Shown: positions 13,530 to 25,606 of the stretch, in pieces
Position numbering within the stretch: position 1 is the stretch's first letter
Layout: every line of letters begins with the position of its first letter
DNA from: Okamejei kenojei
Taxonomy: Eukaryota
NCBI GenBank assembly: GCA_035221665.1
Contig: CM069137.1
Coordinates: forward strand, 75,144,001 to 75,208,000
DNA length: 64,000 bases
Reading direction: 5' to 3'
The notes under the pieces: generated by a model
Seen by the model: the letters and a program-made list of their open reading frames with translations, nothing else
Databases searched by the model: none
Told to the model about the DNA's origin: nothing
Program-made: the position numbers and the translations under genes

Positions 13530-13914
13530 GTTACTGGCTCAATCAGAACAATCTGGTAACACAGATCACGTGAACAAATATGCCTGTATTTTAAGGCAGC
13601 GCCTATATTTTCTGATTATAAAAGGTATCCGTTGTACTATAAAATTCATAAAAGGCAACATTTTAAAAGGAATACATACCGGTTTGTAAAGACCACTTTC
13701 TCGTTGATTGCTCGATTATGAAATCTCGATTTAGATTTAAAGCAAAAACACCTCTGTACGCCGTTTTTATTGGTAGTTGTTTCTGAGACTGAAGCCATTT
13801 CTATCGGGAATACGGTCTGCTTTTCGTATCGAAATGTCTGTAATGCTGCAAGATCTAGTTTAAGACAGCATTGTCTGCAGACAAACGGCAGAGGATATTA
13901 TTCGCCGCTGCAGG
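13530..13914 (+). promoter_or_regulatory. Probable distal HoxD3 promoter and non-coding first exon
   Basis: TCACGTGAACAAATATGC...GGCAGCGCC block typical of Hox3 distal promoters, TATA-like TTATAAAA ~13616, strong donor CAGG|GTAAGA at 13914/13915 (second donor CAG|GTAAGC ~13964). Exon status is inferred. Confidence 0.6.
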
Positions 13915-15082
13915 GTAAGAGATTGTGTTTGGGAAGCACAGATATATGATAAATTGACACACAGGTAAGCTATCGTTTGATAAAATGCAACCTTTAGCAG
14001 TAAGTTTGCATAATCCCGGCATCAGAAGGGCATATAGTTATTTCCAAATTGTATGAAATTCTGATACAAACGTGCATTGCTTCCATTTCAGTCGTAGATC
14101 AGAAAAATGATTTTGTAGCAAGGAAAGTCGATTTTAAGGAACATGTTTGCAGTTTCACGAAAGTGCACCATTTGAGAAAGGTCAGATCGGGCAAACCAGA
14201 GCAGTCTCAAATTTGTCTTGTGGCTGTATTTTAGCTGATTCGGCAGTTTTAGGTAAAATGAAAACGAAATAAAAAGGCACAGAAACCCAGGGAACTTTTC
14301 AAACTGTCACAAGCAAACTTAGATCGTAAATCACATTAATTTGTTGTCTCTAGCTTATCGTCAGGCTGCAGTCTTCCGTGATTTATGCGTTTCAGAAATA
14401 TATTGCGGGGTAAAGTTATTGCACAGCCTGTATAAATTATTTCTCAATTAAGGTTATTGTCGTTCAAGGAAAACAATTTGTGAATTTCGAAGAACTTGGT
14501 ATAACAGTATTTCAAATTGTATTAAGTACAAGAGATCGAGTATTATTTTTAACTTATTGTGGTCCTGCCAGAGGATAGTCTCTGTAATTGATTAAATGCT
14601 ATATTTTTCTAATTAAACTCTTTATTTTTGGCCGCTTCTTGCAAAAGATAAAACAGTCCTGTTTTGACCCCATTTGTTGCTGATTAGGCGATCATTTCAT
14701 TGGAATTAAATGTTAAATATTAACGTAGTTTTTCCTTCCAGTTCTAGAAATGCATTCACTTACAGTAGTTAAATATGATGTCGAATTCAGCTGTATTACT
14801 TTCCAGTCTTAAAATATAGAGTGCATTGTAATTCCACGTTTAGACATGATACCTTAATATAAGTATAGCACGCAAGATGTTTTTTTTAATGGATGCAACG
14901 TACGGTCAAAGGTGTTTGAAGTTGCTATCTAAAAACACGCATTCAAATTGTAAACTGTTGTATTAATCGTCATTATGAATGGAGGTCCATTATTTTCTTA
15001 CGTCAATGTGTTTATGTGTATCTATTTGTGTGTATCTTTGGGACATTTTCTCAGAATATTCACAGGTACTGTGTTTGATTCG

Positions 15083-15181
15083 TTGTGTGTGTGTGTGTGT
15101 GTGTGTGTATTTATGTGTGTGTGGGTGGGTGTCTGTGTGTGCGTGTTTGTGTGGGTGTGTGTGTGTGCGTGTTTATCTGTG
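15083..15181. repeat. (GT)n microsatellite running into a gap
   Basis: Imperfect GT dinucleotide run. Confidence 0.95.
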
Positions 15182-15354
15182 NNNNNNNNNNNNNNNNNNN
15201 NNNNNNNNNNNNNNNNNNNNNNNNNNNNNNNNNNNNNNNNNNNNNNNNNNNNNNNNNNNNNNNNNNNNNNNNNNNNNNNNNNNNNNNNNNNNNNNNNNNN
15301 NNNNNNNNNNNNNNNNNNNNNNNNNNNNNNNNNNNNNNNNNNNNNNNNNNNNNN
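15182..15354. other. Assembly gap (N run)
   Basis: Run of n characters. Confidence 0.99.
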
Positions 15355-17597
15355 AAAAAACTTTTGACTCGAACATTTTTCATTGCTGCATGCCTGGGAG
15401 CTGCCGGACTGCCATGTTAGTCAGCTAAATCCAATTACTGTGAGTAGCATTTAATTTTGCTCGATGGGGCCACTCACTTATAACTTCACCTAAAATTTCA
15501 ATAAGCCTCTCCTCAGCTCTCGCCATGGTAAATATCAACGTCTGTCTGATAGTCTACCCTTCAACTTTTCATCTCTGAATAAAGTCGAAAACTTTTTCCG
15601 GCCCCAGTACAGTAACTGCTTTGGACTCAGAACTACACGGCTATATTATGTTCTGGTAAGCAGTACAACTAATCAGCACGTCACTATTTTCGTCTTCGCC
15701 CCCCCGCCCCTGCAAAGCTAGTCTTTAGTAAAGTGAGAGAAAGTTTTCAAAACTTTTCCGTTAGTATCCTTTCCACTAACGTCATTTACACGATTAGATT
15801 GCCTTTAAGGTTCGAGGGCCGTAATAGTAGAGCTCGCTCGCACTTCTGCGAAATTAGTAAGCAAGATGATTAAAAACTTACCGTACAGACCTCGCTCGAG
15901 CACATTTCTCAAAACCATCTGAAAGTAACCAATTGTTTAAAGTTTGAGCAGCTTACTGGTTCCTTGGAAAGTGGCGAGTTTACTCTGCAAATACTTACTT
16001 CCAGTGATTACAGAGAAATAAAAGCTTATAAATTGACGTGTGGCCACGTGAATACATTACACACATTATGGTGGGAGGCATTGGACCCAGGACCTAATGC
16101 CTTGGCGACTGTGATTTGGATCCTCTTCTAACTTCAAATTATATCGACACAAGTTGGTGAGGCTAGTTTGTAAGGTGCTGCGTCTTAGTAGGATTAAGGA
16201 GGGATAGAGAAACCATGGTGAAGTTGTGTGATGGGCTGTATTGTGAGCTAGTGGAGGCGCTTCCGTTGGTTGTTCATTAAGCGGTGAGTTATTGCTGTAC
16301 ATGCCAAAGGTCATTTCAAAGGCTTATGACTCTTACATTTTGTCAGCTAATGACTGGGATTTCTTTATGCATTTGATCTGCCACAGTTGCTGTTTTTTTT
16401 CTTAAATTTAGTTCTAGATTAAAGCATGCATTTTAAATTGATATAAAATTGAGTGGTACAATTTATGCGCTTCAGCTTCGGCGTATGTTCTATCTGCCTC
16501 TTTCACTGGAATTTTGAGTCTATTTGGAGGCTCCAGGAGTGCACTGTTAATGCATTTTAGTGACTTTTTGTATAACCAAGCTGTTTCTTGGCTGTATTAT
16601 GAATATGCCCAATCGATATAAAATAATACGTACGTGATGTTTGGTATCCCGATGACAAAGCATAACCGTCTGTCAATATGATACATTATTCATGAGTTTC
16701 ATATATGGCGCCAGGCTCCTTCTTGCAATCCTCCATATTTGTATTGTTTTGTGCGTTTATGTTAAAATGTTCGACAACAGCGGTAGCCCCCCCCCCCCCC
16801 CCCCCCCCCCTCAGTAAATACACATAGCTAAACATGAACGGAATAGAAATAAATATCTAACGGAGGCATGCTGATATCGTCAGGTCGGTGTAGGTGAGAT
16901 GAAACTGAAAGATCATACGATACAAATTCGAGATTTTTATTCCGTACGTTGTTCAGGCCCAGCTTCTATTAAAGGGCCACTACAGATATATTTGTTCTCG
17001 TAAAGTGTACACATTCACCCTTCAGGCACAATGCCTGAATCTCTAATTGACAGTTGGATCTGAAATGCTCAATGCTTTACATAGATTTATCATTCTGCAA
17101 TAACAATCTGAATTAGGAACACAGCTTGTCTTAAATTATAGGTTATAGTTTTCAAATCCTTATGAAGCAGTATTTGTCAAATATCACCGCCTTCAAAAAA
17201 ATCTAATTCTAATCTTTACCGTCACCAAATCTCGTTAAACTCCGTGTTTGACTTTTCAAAACAAAATCATCGAAAACGTGACTCACGGTCATTTATCACA
17301 CAACAGTGCAACCAATAACACTTTGTTTAGAATTTCTGAAGGAAAAAAAGCTGATGCTTAGTTTATTTCTGCTTTCGTTTAAAAGCCAATCAAACGCATT
17401 CGTTCTGTTGTAAAAACCCACAAAGAAACATTGTTTTATGTCTTCTTAATAAAACATCCATTTTTTAAAAGTCTTCGCAACCTGATGATTGTTGTGTTCT
17501 TTGATAGTGTCCGGGGAGGTGGCCTGAAATATATGTGATATACAACAATATTATTAATGCATTTGAAAAAAAAAACTGTAATTACATTTTCTTTCAG

Positions 17598-17677
17598 AAC
17601 AAAGCCAGCGGCCTCTGGTCAATCAGGACAAATTCCAAATTCAATCCAAAGAAAAACAGATAGAAACATTGAGTGTG
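17598..17677 (+). other. Probable 80-nt non-coding 5'UTR exon of HoxD3
   Basis: Polypyrimidine acceptor ttttctttcag|A at 17597/17598 and consensus donor GTG|GTGAGT at 17677/17678; vertebrate Hox3 genes have short upstream non-coding exons. Confidence 0.55.
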
Positions 17678-20048
17678 GTGAGTTGTTCGATTTTTGCTTT
17701 TTTACGCTTTGAACAACACTGCATTCGGTCCTGCTCTGGGTTCTGTGTGTAACTGAAATTTGCCAATGGAGATCTAGTTCGTGATTCGTAATTTTATGCC
17801 ATGGCCAGTAAAAAAAAAACATAAAACAGCAACGAAACACGTTGAACAGGCAGGGACGCGATCTTTGAATTCTCTTTGTAGGTCTCTTCAGCAGTCGCCG
17901 GCTATGAATCTGTTTCTATTTGTACAGGAAACATAAAGCTTAATTCTAAAAGTTGGGTTGCATCTATTGATACTTTTAAAATGTAGATCATGTAGGCCCA
18001 CACTCGAGTTAATGGATTGAAAATAAGAGCAAAATGAACATTTGTTTAAGCTCACCACCTCACTGCTATTCTTAATGCACAGAATGAGCGATGTTTGTAG
18101 TCAGTCTTTAAACCTGAGCCCGTTCCGTTAAGCCTGCAATAGCTATCTGGGAGAGAGATTTATGAAGTCTTGGAAAGTGATTCGTTCGAACTGTGATGTT
18201 GCTCCCCCACGCTCCCACTCCCGTTACTATAGGTCCGGTTCTATTGCAACATCGTTGCTTAATCTCTCTCGTTAAAATTAAAATTGCAGTGTTGCTTTTA
18301 TCAGCTTTTTACATCTCTTGTCATTCTTGGTTACCCAAAATACCTAGTTTATAATTCAATGAAATTACACGGTGGCCTCATGAAATCAGATCATGGTGTT
18401 GTTTTGATATAAGGGCCACATGATTCATGTAATCTTGGCAGTCTACTGTAGATGTGTTTACCGACAAAAAACAACGTAGGAAAGAAAACGTTATAAAGAT
18501 AAGTTGAAGGGGGAATCGGATTGTATGTTAGTTTAATGGAATATTTTTGACTGCCTAAGTTGCTGTACCAGTGTCCTGGGTAGACTAAGCAAATCATTTC
18601 CATTTAAATACAAGTTTTTAAATGTGGACGCTTCAGGGACTAGCCGCGGATTTGTTGGGGATTGCGTGAATCAACTTGAAATATGGGCAGATGTGCCTAT
18701 CCAGCCGAATTCCTTGTCAGAAATGATCCGCAGAATGTAAACACAATCAATGTCGTTACATTCCAAAAATAATAATCTTCCAGCCAGTAATAGCTGAAGG
18801 CAATACATATTTGCGTAGGCATTTTAACAAAACATATCCCAAGGTTTAAGTAATTTGTAGAAAAGCTACGGTTAAACTCGCCACACAGTGAATTTGCCCG
18901 CTAGTCACTAAGTATTACAAAACAAAAACACATTGGTTTTCAATTTCCCCCTTTTTTTCTGACTTCATACCTGAAATCAAGTATTTGATTTCAAATGGGC
19001 TCCCAGCTTGCACTTATCAAAGACAAGTTTCAGATCCTCCAGCTCCAGCCACGCGATTCTGCTACATGTGAAAAGTTTGTCACCGACAACGTATTTAAAA
19101 TTCCTGGAGCACTTTCAATGCCTTATATAAAATCCTGCAAGAACTTGCGAAACGCCTCGTAGGTAAGAAACTTGCGGAGTATGGACATTCTTTTTCTGGT
19201 CTTTCCTCCTACGCTCCATCTACTTTACACTTCTGAAGATACCAACTCTTTGGAAAGTGTCTCTCTCCCCCCCCCCCCCCCCCCCCCCCCCCCACCTTCT
19301 GGAAAGAAGAGTTTACGGCTATGGAACGCGCTGCCATAAATGTTGCGTAGCACATAATGACAGGTGCTTTGATATGCACTGTGAGGACTCTGTCTTCTTA
19401 ATAACATTAAATTGCTCACCCTTACGACATAGCTTTTACATTCTTAGGATACTCTGTACTCTATTGATACGCGACTAAAGTTAAAATAGACGGGGAATTA
19501 GTATTTGCTTGTTGTTTGGTTGATAAAACTGCTGGTCAGATGCCCGATCGTAAGCACATAAAAAAGTACCAGAACGATTAAATTGTAGGTTAGAGCACAT
19601 CGGCTACAGATTGGAAAAAAACGTGACAAATGGCGTGATTTTGATGTTTTCTTGCGTATCGAGTCATGTCACAAAAGTCTAATGTGACACCGCCCTCCAC
19701 ATGGGACTTGAGATTTTCGACAATGGGGAATGGAAATTTAGCTCATTGGCCCCCATCCGTTTCTGGAACAGCACTATTCCCTCCTTTGGTTTTCCAGTTT
19801 TCTTAACTAACATTTCACACTTATGTCAACAAAAGACAGATCTAATAAATTGCTACTTTATATTTTCTGCCACGGGTTCCACGATTGTTCACCATGTATC
19901 AATGAATGCACTGAAATAAAGTGATGGTTCATACCAAGGTGTTACTTATCAAAGCCATGTATTAGGTGATGCACCCTTGCATTTAGAAAACATGTAAGGT
20001 AAGAAAGATCTGAAAGATGAACGCAGAAACAGTTGACCATTGTCCAAG

Positions 20049-20092
20049 TGATTTATGGCCCATGGCTGCGATTTAGGTTCAAGCAGAGTTCA
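20049..20092 (+). promoter_or_regulatory. Pbx/Hox site TGATTTATGG (20049-20058) and DR5 RARE GGTTCA-agcag-AGTTCA (20076-20092) upstream of HoxD3 coding exon
   Basis: Perfect DR5 half-sites; a similar DR5 is known at this position relative to Hox3 genes. Confidence 0.8.
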
Positions 20093-22641
20093 CAAGCAGT
20101 TGGTATATCTGAGCCAGATTTGCAGCTTCACCACCGCCCCCCCCCCCCCCCCCCCTCCCCTCCCCTGCCCCACATTGCCTTTATATTAATGCTAGTTTTG
20201 ATTTTCTGAAGATAGCACTTCCAAATGAACTACAAACGTTAAGGCCGGTTGTGGTGGCGAAGGTTCAGAGCCCATGGGAGTAAACAGTATTACCTTCTTA
20301 TCTCACACACATAACGCTGATTAGATGGGGAGACGGGGTGGGGCAAATAGAAATGTAATTAGATTTCAGATTAAAAAGCCAAACAAAGAGCAGAAATCTA
20401 ATGCCAAATTTATTAAACTAAAATGGCGAGCATGGATACCACGGGAAAGCTGGGTAACAAAACACAATAAAATATATGGAAATGCATGAAAACGGGCAAC
20501 GTAGATCAGGAAAGAGGGGAAAAATGAATTGCTTTTTTAAAAAGAACAGCATAGATGTGTGCACGTGTGCTGAGTTTCTACATTGGAGGCCGCGGATCAT
20601 AAACCTCATATTTCATTATAATGTCAGGTCTTGTATGGCTGAAGGCTTTTTTTTCCAAATGAATAGAAAATCTATTTGTGACGTGATATAGTAGCCAGAT
20701 AAGTCATACGTCCAATAGTTGTGACGATTTATCCAACAATGTTTTATTTAAATAGTTTGATAGACTAAGTGTTATATTCAAAACTTAAATCCCAGGTCAC
20801 TTATAATCGTGTTATGTTTCAACTTTATGCATTTCACTGCGATTTGTTTAATGTGATTTGTGACCATTTAATTCTGATCGCACCTATAACTTTTTAGTTT
20901 AACACATAACTTACGGCGGTCTAACCGGGAACTAGCCATACGCCTCAATCTAAGGGATTTGATTGTATTGCTGACCACAGCAACCAACCGCCCAACACTC
21001 CACCATCACCTCCCCGCACGCCCCCCACGCCCCCACCGCCCAGTTCACGCAGACACCGGCCTTTTGGGAGGTTTTGTTACTACGTTAGGTTAATTCCGTG
21101 AAAAAGGGCTTTTGCCAAGAATTTGCGATAAATTAAATATAATTAGCTTACTGATGCCGTTGCAAATAACTAAATAATGTTTGTTTCATTGGCACTAGGG
21201 TGGAGAGAAAGTACATGTATAAATATATATTTAAAGTTAACATTTCAGTTTCTTTATCTGTAATATTGTTTATTTAGCCAGTTTCAAAAGTCTAACCTTC
21301 TTTGTCTGCAATCAGTTCCAGTATCATAAACCGTCTGTTGACTTTAAAGATGATGCTTAATGCTATAAAATACAGTAATTCGCTGATTTCTGTTTCAGTT
21401 TTGCGCGCTTATGTGTTTATCTATTTTTCTATATGTTCGTATAAGTTTATCCAATAGTAAATTATTTCATAGACAGATGCTGGAAACAGCAGAGTGCAAA
21501 TGTGAAATGCTGACTTAGTTATTTCTCTGTTTTAATTAGAACAAAGAGTTTGAATAGATGCTAGTTATACTTTAACTACAATGCCTATCCCTGTCATAAA
21601 GCAAAACGTGTAACAGAAAGAAAAAAATCGCTTAAAACAAACCTTTCTTACGTTGAAGAAAAAGAAGGCAACAATGGTGAGGGTACACTTCGCTGGTTTT
21701 TCAGGTTTTGGAACTGGTCCGATCCATCATGTCGTGCGTTACAGCGTCCGGGCCACAGAATAAAACGGTCTGTACCCACAGCAAATGCTGCAGGCAAATA
21801 ACTCGCCTGTGACTCTGGTTTTTTCGCTCTTTTTAAGAGGGGCCTTTTTGTTTCTCACCATTATAAAAATGGCCTCAATCAGTGAAGTCAACTGGAATAG
21901 CACTGTGTGTCCTACCGAAATCCAGTCATATCAAGCATGACAGGAGCATATCTAGCTAGCCTTCTGCAATTTCCATTCACTATGAGGATATTCAATAGGA
22001 AAATAGCAGAGCGTTTGTTTTTTGGTTGGTTTCTACATGATGTGATGCGTTTCAGATGGCAGAGCTCATCAGTTTTCTTAACATTCCTTTATAATATTAT
22101 TTGGTAAATGAATGAAAATAGAGTCGTTATGAAAGGGTAGTTTGTCTGTGTTGGATTGTAGTAATTGGATAATGCAGTGTAATTCAAATAATAACAGTTG
22201 ATAGCCAAAGAAGTGGAATGCAACTGTAATAATTTATATATCATTTGAATTATAAGCATTTTATATGGCTGGTGTAAATTATCACTAAGAGCTATACACA
22301 AAATTGAAACTAGCAGCTTCCAACTCAGGAAAGCACCAACTCTTTAATCCATTAGAAAACTATAATGATTTCCATGAAATTGTCAAATAAAGTACTTTGG
22401 ATTTCACCAACTTACTAATTGCCCCATGAAATAATAATTCTTAAAGTTGTAGGAGAGGAAATGAACAAGTCTGTTAATGGCAGCAATGCCAAATGTTATT
22501 TATGAGATATTTTATTTGAGTTTATGCACTGAATTAACTATGATTCTTGATGTTTCATTTTTATTATGTTTTGTTTCACACCATCCAGGAACTTTGCATT
22601 CTGTCGATTGTGGTAAACGCGCCGTGTGATCAAAGGTGTCA

Positions 22642-23125
22642 ATGCTATTCGATAAGGGTGTCAAGACCCTGTCATTTCAAAATAGCGAGATGCAAAAAAC
22701 AACTTATTATGACAACTCTGGAATATTTAGTGGTTACTCTTACCAAAAATCAAATACATACAACTACAGCTCTGGTCATCAAACCTACCCACCACCATCG
22801 GTTGATAATGATTATCAGAACTCAACATGCCCAGTTCAAACATCCAGTGCCAGAGCCCCAGCCCATAAGTCCACTGATATCAATGGCAGTTGTATGAGAA
22901 CAAGTAACAATCAAGGCACTGCCCAACTTCCAACCATTAGTGAGCCACAACAACCACCTCCTTTGCCACCGTCGCCAAATGGAAGCAACACTGCGACTCA
23001 GAAAAGAACCAAGCCCATTCCAAATTCTTCCAGCGGTCCGGCTGCTACCCTGAGCAAGCAAATCTTCCCATGGATGAAAGAATCTCGTCAAAATACCAAG
23101 CAGAAAAACAACTGCACAGTTGCAG
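22642..23125 (+). CDS. hoxd3: Homeobox protein Hox-D3, coding exon 1 (exon begins ~22589)
   Basis: MLFDKG...[12 protein letters not shown] (D3-type N-terminal extension), [19 protein letters not shown] hexapeptide; acceptor ccag|G at 22588/22589; donor GCAG|GTATC at 23125/23126. Spliced product 410 aa. Confidence 0.95.
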
Positions 23126-23976
23126 GTATCTTTCAGCAGTTTGTGCTTTTCTCAGCTCTAATCTGCATGAAGCTTCTTAAAAATGGGAAGGTTTATCAAA
23201 GAATGTCACACATGGGTGGGAGTAGCTTGCCAAAAATGTCATATGGAGGTGAGAGCATTTTCCTTCCATGTTGCAAGCAACTGTTGAAAAGGGTAAAATA
23301 ATCATCCAGTTTTTATCAACATTGTACATATTTTTTGTAATTAATAATCTATTTCTTTCAGTAAGGATGGACTCAGACTAGGATCCAGTTGAATAAATAG
23401 CATTTGCTGATATAGTTAACCGAGAATGCAGATTTGCAGGAACTTACAAGAACATGTAAATGTTTCTGTTTTGTTGTCAAACTCTGTTTTGTTGTCAAAC
23501 ATTGCATGGTGACATTCTACTTTGTGCAATGCTTGGAAATGGCTCAAATAATTCCTCTAACAAAATATATAAATGGAAGGATGGGACTTTTATTAGTTTT
23601 ATATCTCCATCAATTTGAACAAATATTAACATCTTACACTTACACTGATTCAGAATGGCTGAAAATTCAGAAGGTTGAAAGCATTTGACCTAGCCAGAGT
23701 TAAATATATGCTTGCACTGGAAAGCATACTTCTTATCCAAATTAAATTCTAAAGAGAAGCCTCATTTGGTATCACTGTGCTTCAAATGACAATAATTATA
23801 TATGGTTTATATATAGAATAAAATAAAATACGCACCTAGACTACTGGTCATTGCATCATTGCATTATACTTGCAATTGCAACTAACTTTTACCAACCAAA
23901 CTATCCACAAAACGGACCTTTCATTTCTCTACACATTATTTTCTTTGGAGTGGATTAATTAGTTAACCCCAGTTTT

Positions 23977-24058
23977 CTGAAGAAGGGTCTCGACCCATTC
24001 CTTCTCTCCAGAGTTGCTGCATGTCCCGCTGAGTTACTCCAGCTCTTTGTGTCTATTT
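23977..24058 (+). mobile_element. Short PLE-terminal-repeat-derived element in HoxD3 intron (hammerhead core deleted)
   Basis: CTGAAGAAGGGTCTCGACCC joined directly to ATTCCTTCTCTCCAGAG...CCCGCTGAGTTACTCCAGC; same family as copies at 43982, 47421, 54731. Confidence 0.85.
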
Positions 24059-24438
24059 TCAGACAGAATATATGCAAGCTGGAACAATATGGTAGTCTTA
24101 TTCAGCAATATTCATGGTATTGTCTAAAGTGGCTATTCTCATAAAGATTAATTCTTGTGAAAGTCATATTTTGTGATTTTAATGACATTGCTGGCAGAAT
24201 CTCCCAAAATTGCATTTGGAATTTGGTGCAAATATTAGTGAAGTTAAACAATTTGCATTTACAGAATGCAGTCTCTGCACTGGGCCCAAGATAGTCCAAA
24301 GTTATTCACACTTATGGAATACTCTTGGACTGTTGCAAATTACTATATTTATTATGTGAGGTCATTTTATACTTCTAGATAGTCTACTCTGGCAAAATGA
24401 AGTAGCTTAGAGGAGAAAAGACAAGTTTTGTTCTGAAT

Positions 24439-24790
24439 ATATTAGTTTTAAGTTGGAATAACTATATTGCAAAGTTTATCGTTTAATTTACTTTAGTTTA
24501 GTTTAGTTTATTATTGCTACCAATACCAGTTTTTATTTCCCTGACCATATTAGTTTCAAGTTAGAGCAACTATGTTGCAGAGTTCTTAGTTTTGTTTACT
24601 TTACGTGACTTTATTTTGCTTTAGTTTAGTTTAGTTTATTATTGCCACGTGTACCGAGGTAACAGTGGAAAGCTTTTTTGTTGCGTGCTACCCAGTCAAT
24701 GAAAACATCTATGTAATTACAATTGTGCCAACCACAGTGTACAGATACAGGATAAAGGCTATATCATTTAGTGCAAGATAAATTCCAATA
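24439..24790 (-). mobile_element. LINE/SINE 3' tail fragment ((TTTAG)n tail) with local tandem duplication, HoxD3 intron
   Basis: TTTAGTTTAGTTTATTATTGCCACGTGTACCGAGGT..CAGTG..AAGCTTT resembles 62970-63120, 52305-52400 and 42680-42730; ~110-130 bp unit duplicated (starts ~24439 and ~24547). Family assignment uncertain. Confidence 0.6.
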
Positions 24791-24857
24791 AAGTTCTCTA
24801 TGGAAAATGCATGTACGTATATTTATGTACAGTTATTAATATATTTTCATCCTGTAG

Positions 24858-25606
24858 GAGACAATTGTGAGGATAAAAGCCCACCTGGTCCAGCTTCCAA
24901 GAGAGTCCGTACCGCCTACACCAGTGCACAATTGGTTGAACTGGAAAAGGAGTTTCATTTTAATCGTTACTTGTGTCGCCCTCGCAGAGTTGAAATGGCA
25001 AATTTATTGAATCTAACTGAACGTCAGATAAAGATTTGGTTCCAGAACCGAAGAATGAAGTACAAAAAAGATCAAAAGGCCAAAGGGATCATGCACTCAC
25101 CCATTGGACAGTCTCCAGACAGAAGTCCTCTTTTAAATGCTCCAAATAATATTGGATTCTCAAACCAGCTCACTACTGTCAACAGTTTAAATTATGAAAC
25201 TCATTCTCCAACATCATTCACCAAATCTCAGCAAAATATGTATGGCTTGGCTGCTTACACAGCACCTCTCAATAGCTGCTTACCCCAGCAGAAAAGGTAC
25301 CCAGGCACAGAGTATGACCATCATACTATACAGGGCAATGGTAGCTTTGCCAACCATAATTTGCAAGGCAGCCCTGTGTATGTAGGAGGAAACTTTGTTG
25401 ATTCAATGCCAGCTTCTGGGCCAATGTTCAACCTTAGCCATCTTCCTCATCCTTCATCAGCCACTGTGGACTATAACTGCGCTGCTCAAATAGCAGGCAA
25501 TCACCACCATGGACCATGTGATCCTCATCCCACCTACACGGATCTGACTACTCATCACACAGCTCAGGGAAGAATTCAAGAAGCACCCAAATTAACGCAT
25601 CTGTAA
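24858..25606 (+). CDS. hoxd3: Homeobox protein Hox-D3, coding exon 2 (homeodomain and PG3 C-terminus)
   Basis: Acceptor cctgtag|GA at 24857/24858; [61 protein letters not shown]; C-terminus [13 protein letters not shown]; candidate AATAAA 26381-26386. Confidence 0.97.

Noticed and set aside
14975-15428. ORFs over the GT microsatellite and N gap
   Set aside because: Artefacts of simple repeat and unknown bases.
25561-25585. miR-10 seed site in HoxD3 coding end or Hox 3'UTRs
   Set aside because: Sequence is CAGGGAAGA, not CAGGGTA; no ACAGGGT match noticed by eye in the UTRs. CAGGGTA at 13911 spans a splice donor.
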